64,000 nucleotides of DNA, taken from assembly GCF_006345805.1 (NCBI RefSeq), contig NC_043003.1:42036001-42100000 (forward strand). The letters run 5' to 3'. Below, in pieces: positions 54,604-64,000 of this stretch (positions are counted from its first letter, which is position 1; each line of letters opens with the position of its first letter). The translations under genes and the position numbers were made by a program. This DNA comes from Octopus sinensis (Eukaryota). A model generated the notes under the pieces. The model searched no databases and was not told where the DNA came from. It saw only the letters and a program-made list of their open reading frames with translations.

Positions 54604-55060
54604 CCGGCATTTTCGGATAATTATGGTCCTTGTTATAGTATAATGTTTCATTCTTGTACGTTAACAACAGCTTTAGAGCACTTTAGCTCTTATTTCTAGC
54701 AGTGCAGGTGTTTTCTAACACCCAAGTCTCTTTCAGTGACAATTATAAGGCTCCTTTATGGTGAGACACTGCAACCTGCTGTTTATATTAATTTTGTGTG
54801 TATATATATATGTTCTCTCTTCCTATTCATTGTTTACATAGGCGTATTTGTGTACGAAACATCATAACCAGCAGTGTCGGCGTTTAATTGTCTAGAAAAT
54901 CTGCAGAGATAAGCTTAAAGAAGAGACCATCTAACACAAAAGTAAAATAAAATATTGACTTCTAAACCATTTATATACTAGGTAATACATATGGCTGCAA
55001 AACGTAACACTTTGCCTTGTCAGCAATAGATATTTAAATACCATTTTTCAGAAATATGTA

Positions 55061-55581
55061 CCGTAAATCCTCGAGTATAATCCGCATTTTTTCCCAAAAT
55101 TTAAAGGTCAAAATCCCTAGTGCGTACTATATACGAGGTTAACAATGAAAAACATTTTCTAAGCAATCTCTTTGTCTCTATTTGCTGTCCGGCAATAATT
55201 ATTCAAACGCATTTTGTGATGTCGAGCGCGAAAATACCTTAAGCTAAGCCTGAAAGCAATGAAGTCATAAAAGATTCATCCATAACTTGCAGTAAGCAAC
55301 ATTTATTAAAATAAAAGTATTCAGAATACAGAATAACATGTAACAAAAACAATTCACAAACACATTTACATTCCCATATAACAGTTAAGAACATCACCAT
55401 TATTGTATTACGCATGCGCGGAAGTGTTTGTTCGACTAGGTGATGTTGGTTTAATTACGCACGACTCAAGCTAGAGAAGGGGTGCGTATTATTCACAAGG
55501 TTTAGGATTTTCAGAGGTACAACACCCTAAAAATCCCCTGCGTATTATACTCAACAGTGGACTATACTCGAGGATTTACGT
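55061..55581. mobile_element. pogo/Tigger-like MITE (Tc1/mariner superfamily), 521 bp
   Basis: 25-bp TIRs CCGTAAATCCTCGAGTATAATCCGC / GTGGACTATACTCGAGGATTTACGT (3 mismatches), TA at 55059-60 and 55582-83, subterminal GCGTA(C/T)TAT repeats, no ORF. Confidence 0.88.
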
Positions 55582-55996
55582 TATATGTAAATTGGTGAAT
55601 TCAATATGGTTATAGTGCTAAACTTGATGGGTATATGATCAACGCTTTCCGGGATAGTTGACGGGTTGGATGTGATGCTATTGAAAGAGCAGTATCTCTT
55701 GAAGTATGTATATATACCCAATATTTATCTCCTCTATCGTCGGTCATATTGTTTACACAGATGACTTCGACTACGAAACAATGTATAACTAGTAATAATG
55801 CTTCTGAATTCTATAGAAAAATCAGTTAACTAATCTAATAAGATTTATCTTCCTATTGTTTTGCGACGTTGTACACTCATAGCTTGTCGTCTGTTTACTA
55901 AATTCCTTGTTACTCAATTATTTTTCATTTCTCTGCATTGCAAAACATAATCCCTTCTGAATACACAATTACATGCATAAACATATGTGTTTGTGT

Positions 55997-56033
<37 letters not shown>

Positions 56034-56163
56034 TGATTGGCGTGATGTCAATATGTGCTTCTCTTTGTTTATGTGCATATATATATATACATATACATAT
56101 CTGTGCTTGTATATATGCCTCTATGTATATATATATACATATACATACATGTACATATGTACA

Positions 56164-56292
<129 letters not shown>

Positions 56293-56963
56293 CATATATA
56301 TATATATATATATAATATATATATATATAGTATATATACATACATATATATATATGTATATATATATATACGTATATATATATTTGTATATATATGCATG
56401 TATGTATATATATATGCTAGTGTTCATGTGTAGTTTGAACGTGTCTGTATGCGAGAGTATTTATATCGCATTACTATAGTAGATCATGAAACCTAGAAGT
56501 TATTTTCTTTTTCTTAATGAGAAACGAATCTTATATGAAGTAGATTTTGCGGAAACAATTTTCCATCTAACAGAATCCAATCCATGTGTCAGTCAAGCTG
56601 ATGGATCAAAGCAACTAACAATAATGTAGACCAAGACTTGTTTGAAACTTTATTCGGCGGCCATAAGAAACCAAACACTTGCGTTAAATGAAGCTTCTGA
56701 ACAGAGAGAATAGTATGACTAAGGGCGACACTGGAATGTGATAGAAATTGTAGGAAGCATGTTGAGGGAGAAAGAGAACGAAAGGGAAAGGAAGAGAGAG
56801 TGAAATAGGCAAGGAGGAAGAGAAAGTTAGTGAGAGAGTGTGACAGAGAGGAAGAGAGATATAATGAGACAAAAAGAAAAAGATTTACAGAGACGTGAAA
56901 GTTTAATAGTGAGAGGCGGCTAGTATTAGGGGAGACGAATACACTAATATATATATATATATG

Positions 56964-57006
<43 letters not shown>

Positions 57007-57669
57007 AAGAAAGAAAGAAAGAAAGAAATTGAGAGAGAGGGGGTGATGGAATGGGAGAATAGCAAGAGCTGTGTAGTGATAAAGATAGATATAATAGCAA
57101 AAGACAAATAGACATATAAGTAGTGTGATGGTGGGAAAAAGAGATAGGGTGAAAAAGACATAGATAGACATAAATACTGAAAGGTAGTGTTAGAGGAGAA
57201 GTATCAGAATGCTATTGAGAGTGGAATAGTGATATAAAGAAATCAGTGAAATTGGAAAATCGGACAGACTGATAAAGATATAGTGATAGAGAGCGAGAGA
57301 GAAGTCGAGGACCAGAGAGAAATATTCAACGTAACAGTGACTATAAAACAGACACTAAAAAGGACATGTAACATTATTGAGAGGAAGATGAAGATTGTGT
57401 ATGGTCGTGACGGAAAATAGAGCTCGAGATTCTAATATAATTTGGATATAAACTTCATAATGTTTCGCAAGTACAAAAGAGTTTGGAAACTTAGGCATAC
57501 ATTCACAAGTATTTGTAGAAATCGACATTTTATTTTATGAAATCGGTAATGTTATGGAATTAACAATCTTATTATTACATATATATATATATGTGTGTGT
57601 GTGTATGTGTGTATGTATGTATATATATATATATCTGTGTATGTGTGTATGTGTCATAATCTTTTATTT

Positions 57670-57745
57670 TTTGCTTCTGTTGGTCATTTGACTGCGGCCA
57701 TGCTGGGGTTTTAGTCACACAAATCGACTCCAGAACTTATTTTAT
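57670..57745 (-). mobile_element. SINE family A 3' tip
   Basis: GTCATTTGACTGCGGCCATGCTGG...TTTAGTC...AATCGACTCCAGAACTTATT. Confidence 0.6.
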
Positions 57746-58127
57746 ATACAGATATACAAAGCGAGAATAATTGAATATTTCTGAAATTTTCAGAAAAAAA
57801 AAAGAAAAAATATTTATGGAAATAAAATTATGTATCCACATATATAGAAAGAAAAAATAATTACCAAGAATAAGTCACTTCGAATCAACTGACAAAATGA
57901 TTCCACGAGGAAAAAAACTAAATTACGTTCAATAGTGTATGGGACATTATACAATGTATGTGTGTAATCTATTAAGTATATCTTATATTATGTATTGCAA
58001 ATATTGACGTTTGAGTACATGAAAATTGTAATACATCGTGAAGTATATTTACCACTTAAATGTGGTTAACCCCTAAGGGTGGAGGCTACTGTAGCTGGCT
58101 ATTGATACACATTCTGTGCCCTCTCAG

Positions 58128-58261
58128 TATTTGCAAAGGGAGGCCATCCTTCCCGTCTTCAACCTATGATACACACGGACTCGAGTTTCTGAGTATTGAA
58201 CCGTCATCAGCGTGTGGCAATCAGTGGTTGACGATGAAAAGGAGGCCTCCCTTTGCAAATA
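58128..58261 (-). ncRNA. Type I hammerhead ribozyme (core 58172-58216) closed by a long rod-like stem I
   Basis: Minus: CACACG | CTGATGA | CGGTTCAATACTCA | GAA | AC-TCGA-GT | C | CGTGTG. Stem I is 6/6, the site is GUC, and stem III is palindromic (ACTCGAGT). Outer perfect 18-bp helix 58128-58145 / 58244-58261. Stem II closing pair is a C-A mismatch. Confidence 0.75.
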
Positions 58262-59165
58262 TATATCCTTTTTCCAGTGACGAAAAGACACTGATGTCGA
58301 AAAAGTGTAAACAAGCAATAATAATAATAATAATAATAAATAATAATAATATTATTGATTGTAATACATGTTTTACAGAAACTCATATTAACAATAAGGA
58401 AATATGTATTGAGCATATATTGAGTGGAATTTGTATATTGAGATGTATGTAAGTTTCACTATATGTATGTGAGTGTGTGTGTGTTGCGCGCGCGCGCGTG
58501 TGTCTGTCTGTGTGTGAACAGAGTCTATGCTGCATTGATTAGCGACAAATACTATCTTGGTAAAAAACATTCGTAGAGATAGACTATGCCGTTTACCTCG
58601 GTTAACGAAATTCAAACCACCAGCTGCGTGTTATAGTGAATGTATATACACCGTTGAAAGACATTGTGCTGTCTGTCTCACAGACGAATCTCTTCACCAA
58701 CATGTGTCAAAAAAAACGATACATATTGGTGGCAAGCGAACATCGTCTCCGCAAATAGTTTCAATATGATCCGTTGTTTGCTAGAGTTTTTCATCAATGC
58801 ATCTATCACACGCTAGTCTGTGAATGAAATCGATAATGGAATGGCACAACGGAAGGTAGCTGTGTGTTTCGAAACCTGACATCTGTTTTTCGAACCTCTA
58901 TTTTACTTTTGTGTCACTTCCTTTTTCCCATCTCTGTCCCATATTCTCTCCCATCCCACTCCTCCTCATCCTCTCTCTCTCTCTCTCTAACTCTCTCTTT
59001 CTCTGTTGCTCGCAAGCGCGCGTGGTCACTCTTTCTGGCATTCAAAAATCTGCCTCACACTTTCTCTCTCAGTCACACTCTGTTCTTCACCCACACATAA
59101 GATGTATATATCATCGCTGTCGTATTTTAGCATCTAATTCAATATGCACACGCACACACACACAC

Positions 59166-59201
<36 letters not shown>

Positions 59202-59309
59202 AACACACACGCGCAAGTACACAAGTACAGACAACAGAAACGCACACATAAACACAAGTACCTGGATGCGCAGACATACATATGTGTGTGTGTGTATGTA
59301 TATTATATA

Positions 59310-59360
<51 letters not shown>

Positions 59361-59492
59361 GTATGTGTGTATATATATATATGTATATATACATGTATGT
59401 ATATATATATATATATATTTATATGTATACATTAGTGCCTCCATTTTTCTCTTTTTCTCCCTTGTTCTCATTCTCTCTCTCTCTCTCTCTCA

Positions 59493-59532
<40 letters not shown>

Positions 59533-59670
59533 TATAAATTATATTAAAACACACACTTATCACGCAATAAAGAAGCGTGTGTGTGTGCGTGTGTGTATTT
59601 GTGTATGTTTACGTTCGTACACGCACAAGAAATTCTTCAAAATAAAATAAAATAATTAAAAAACAACAAT

Positions 59671-59679
<9 letters not shown>

Positions 59680-59707
<28 letters not shown>

Positions 59708-59712
59708 CTACT

Positions 59713-59744
<32 letters not shown>

Positions 59745-59751
59745 CACCAAC

Positions 59752-59796
<45 letters not shown>

Positions 59797-59810
59797 TAAT
59801 AATAATAATG
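59680..59810. repeat. Graded compound trinucleotide array (ACT)(ACG)(ACT)(ACC)(AAC)(AAT)
   Basis: Directly visible, with single-base steps between adjacent units. Confidence 0.9.
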
Positions 59811-60195
59811 CAAATCAAGAAATTTAATACGATAAAATAAATACAACGCGATAAAATCTAACTAATCTATAATAACTGTTATAGAAATAAAACCGTTTCT
59901 TTTATTCTGTTTGTCCCCTATAATTTCCATCTACCCTGAAATTATAGGGACATCATCCCTTGATAGCATTTAAGTCGTTACATCTAAAGAGGTTACTTGA
60001 ATTTACCAAAGAAATGACATTAAGTTTTCTCTATCCAATATTTGAGGATGCACCATTAAGATCTCACTGTATCCTATTGATTTATTTCGTGTTCGCGGTA
60101 AACGGAACAAAAACATATAAAGAACGTGATAAATGATTTGACAATAATTTGATATTTTACTTTGACAAAAGTCAATTATCGTTGTTGTACTATGA

Positions 60196-60248
<53 letters not shown>

Positions 60249-60990
60249 GTAGGTTGTTCTGTGCATGTGCGTGATAGCGTTTTTATTTTAAAATTAATCC
60301 TTTCAAATTTACAGATGTGGCGAAATAGTTCTTAATCATCGCTCAATTTTCCGATACGCACCAAGGCAAACACACTTTAAAATACAAAAAAAACACACAT
60401 TAAATTACACATGCATGCGCACGCATTCAAACAGACGCATACACTCACTCACAGAAATTATATGTAGATCTATGTCTGTGTATAAATGCATACAATCACT
60501 GAGAGCATATCTTTATGTATATGCTTATGCATGCATTCGAAGCTATACACTCAGACACGTGAATATATACGCATATATATGCAAGTACATATACAAATAC
60601 ATGTAAAGCTTTATGTATGTATGTATACATACCTACAGTCATACATATATACATGCATACATATATACATATATATATATATATTATACATATACGAGAG
60701 AAGCAACAAGTGGTCAGAGCGTTGACTCATTGTCGAATATCCTGGTATATATTCCTATATATATATACGACTTGTATAATATATATCCCGTATATATATA
60801 TGCGGCATATATGGGATATATATATATATATATATATATAGGGAAACGGTTCTATATATAGCGACAGGTTACCGTTTTACCCAATATATATCTGAATCTC
60901 TGTAAGAAATATATCAAAAATATGTATTACTAGGGAATGATAATGTATATGTCCACCCACACACACGCACACCACCATTAATATATATAA

Positions 60991-61021
<31 letters not shown>

Positions 61022-61199
61022 ACATAGATATATATATATAATCGCGGATGCGTTTCTATAAGTATGGTACATTTCTTCTCCCGTGTTTCAAAGTCGAGTT
61101 CTCTCTAGCATGACTATATATATATAGGATTAAAAATATCGGTTGAGGATTCTTATTATAAATGAAAGAAAAACGGGAAGGTAATGCACAGCAAAGATT

Positions 61200-61400
61200 G
61201 ATCTCGTGAGAGGATAGCATTTAAGTCTGCATCTTCATCGGGAGGTAAACTGTCGAAATATGGGAAAGTATATAATTGTTATACTTCACCCATTGACTGT
61301 CAGGAAAAATGACCTATTCGTGCAATACTGGGCAGTAGTCTGTGATTATTCTTCCAGTATTTTAATTCCAGGAGTGTTTTCTTCCTCCTGCTGACATAAA
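61200..61400 (+). pseudogene. Possible decayed Tc1/mariner (maT/DD37D-like) transposase remnant
   Basis: Frameshifted HL..EVN.R.WG...HPL...K...I.P.F pattern reminiscent of DEAHFHLNG.VN.QN.RIWG..NP...HPL...TVW...IIGPYFF (by eye). Confidence 0.25.
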
Positions 61401-61968
61401 TTACTATAATTTTCTTTCACTTTTCGAAAGAGAGTTCAAAATATATGTCCTTGCAAATATTCAAAATGATATATTTCAATGAAAGATTTAATCGCAATGA
61501 AGAGACGAAACGAAAATGGCTGACATTTTCTACGAGAAAACATTTCACCCTGTGTCTTATAAGTAGGTCTTCGACATGATGTTGAATGAGTCACGTTAAG
61601 GCAAAACTATCTGTAATGGCATTCTAATGTCCCTGTGGTAAAGGAAGGACAAAGGAAAAGACAGAATATTGTTAATGCGGAAATTCGGAATAATAAAGAA
61701 ATAAATGGCATAACATGGCGATGCATTTGCACTTTTATACACCCACAAAACACCTACTCCCATATATATATTTATTTATACATACACAAACACACACCCA
61801 CATATATATATCCAGATATACACACACGCGTATTTATGTATATACATATGTATCAATCTATCTCTCCCTCACTAGCTCTCTCTCTCTTTCTCTCTCTCTC
61901 TCTGTATATATTCTCTGTGTGTATATCTATATATATATATATACTATATATATATGTATATATATATG

Positions 61969-62003
<35 letters not shown>

Positions 62004-62556
62004 CTATACAGATATACATATGCATGTGAAGGTGTATGTTTGTGTGTTTGTGTGTGTGTTTGTATACATACGCGAAATAGATGATAAAGTTTATAAAATT
62101 TTAGAACACAAAAAAAAATAAATTAAAAAAAGAGAGAGTCAGACAGACAGAAAGAGAAAGAGGGTGTGTGTATATTTGTGTTTGAGAAAGAGAGCGACAG
62201 AGAGTGATAGAGAGAACCTAATGTAGAGAGTAAATATCTTTGGATTTTGTGATCTATCATCCACCTCCTGAAATAAATTTCACTGCATATAATGGAAAAG
62301 ACCAAAATGAAAAAAAAAGGAAAAAAACTCTTCGTCCGGGTGAAATGAGAATTAGTTTTAAAGGAATTTACCAGAATGATATGCATTTATTCGAATCTGT
62401 TTTAATATTTCGTTTAATATTATTTCATAATGCTTTCTTTCATTGCACTTCATTATCTTCGAAATTTTAAAGACTGAGATAGCAGCTATTTATGACACCA
62501 GTGCCGACAGTGCCTATATGTGCATATGCATGTGTGTATGTATGTACATATATATG

Positions 62557-62588
<32 letters not shown>

Positions 62589-63052
62589 AGTGTGTGTGTG
62601 TACAAATAACACGGGAAAAATAAATAGCTACCAGGGTAGCAAAAATTCACATAAGGGCCAAATATATTATAGCGTACTTATAGAGGTAGAAATTCCGGGG
62701 TTAAGTGAAATTTTTATATAAAATTGACAAATTAAGAAATAGAGTTAGACGCAGTTGTTATTCAACCGAATGTGATTAACCGAAAGTGATTACGCGTTTA
62801 TGAGCGTCCCCTTCACCGTATACGGTGTATTTATGTGTTTTGTGGCTCTTTTTGCCTGACAAGATGATTGCAATGTTTTATATCATTTTATTCCCTCTGG
62901 AACAATATCAATGTTTTCTTCGAAACATATGTCGGAAGTATAAAGATTTGAACAAAACCAGTGTTTGACTCCATTTCTTAATTTATATGTGTGGGTATAT
63001 ATATACGTACACACATATACACACACACACACGCACATATATACATGTATGC

Positions 63053-63090
<38 letters not shown>

Positions 63091-63140
63091 CCACACGTGC
63101 GGCGTTGGCGATTTATTTTCTATTTGGACTTATTTCTTTC

Positions 63141-63180
63141 TCCTTTCTGACAAAAAGAGCTAGGCTCGAAACGTTAAATA
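63141..63180 (+). ncRNA. Degenerate minimal type I hammerhead motif
   Basis: TTT-CTGACAA-AAA-GAGC(TAG)GCTC-GAA-ACGT-T-AAA. G8 is changed to A; stems I (TTT/AAA) and II (GAGC/GCTC) are intact. Confidence 0.55.
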
Positions 63181-63264
63181 TTCTCCTTACGTCATCACGG
63201 TGTTTTTTTCTTCTGTTTTTCTCGTTTCATTCTTCTTCATTTTTATATTGCTTTTTTATAGGAT

Positions 63265-63339
<75 letters not shown>

Positions 63340-63515
63340 TATGTATGGATGTATATGTATATATTTATATACATATATATATATATGTGTGTGTATGTAT
63401 GTGTATGCATATGTGTATATATGTGTCCTCATCTCTATTCAATATTACAGGCAAAGAGTGAATATTCGGAATAAAAGGAATTTCCTTCCCTTTCTACGTA
63501 CATATATATATATAT

Positions 63516-63603
<88 letters not shown>

Positions 63604-64000
63604 TTAGATAGATAGATAGATAGATACACATACGTATAGATTTTTATACATATGCACGTCCTCGCCCACTCGCACACACACACACGCGCATATATGAATG
63701 CATTCATAGTCTCCAAATCATTCCGAAATATTCTGGAGAGCAATGAAAATATAAACACGTAATCAAAAACTAATTTTGTCCAATTTAAACATTCTCTTCG
63801 TAGACCATATATTGCCACGGCTTATAGAAGCCACATTCACTTATTTAGGGAGGGAAATAAAACATGGATTATGCATTCAACCAAAAATCTACGCATATGT
63901 ATATACCACTAACGGTTCATAAGTTCATAAAATGTGCAGATCAGAAACAATCGGCCCGATGTAAAACAAAAAGCAACCACAAAATTGACCTTTATTTTGT

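Noticed and set aside
56560-56690. Protein-like phrase DQDLFETLFGGHKKP
   Set aside because: Frame is bounded by stops with no compatible splice acceptor or donor.

Overview
This is AT-rich, microsatellite-saturated eukaryotic genomic DNA. The SINE families and repeat landscape match what I recall of octopus (cephalopod) genomes; the species assignment is inference. I cannot support any intact host gene. Most ORFs in the supplied track are translations of simple repeats. What the sequence does show: (i) a 2.65-kb 5'-truncated R4/Dong-clade LINE (RT plus restriction-like endonuclease) inside an (AAT)n tract, and at least six more Dong fragments, most next to (AAT)n; (ii) a 5'-truncated CR1/Jockey-like LINE in a (TA)n tract; (iii) two abundant tRNA-derived SINE families, including multimeric copies bracketed by single 14-17 bp target-site duplications; (iv) a pogo/Tigger-like MITE with TIRs and TA TSDs; (v) a near-identical 1.6-kb tandem duplication. 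The most interesting signal is a set of type I hammerhead ribozyme (HHR) motifs in short non-coding repeats that look unrelated to each other. Two have complete catalytic cores: 54537-54603 (+), and 58172-58216 (-), whose stem I continues into a ~55-bp rod. Four or five others are degenerate. One degenerate copy caps a ~2.9-kb composite element carrying GC-rich hairpin islands. Together these suggest several Penelope-derived or retrozyme-like non-autonomous elements.
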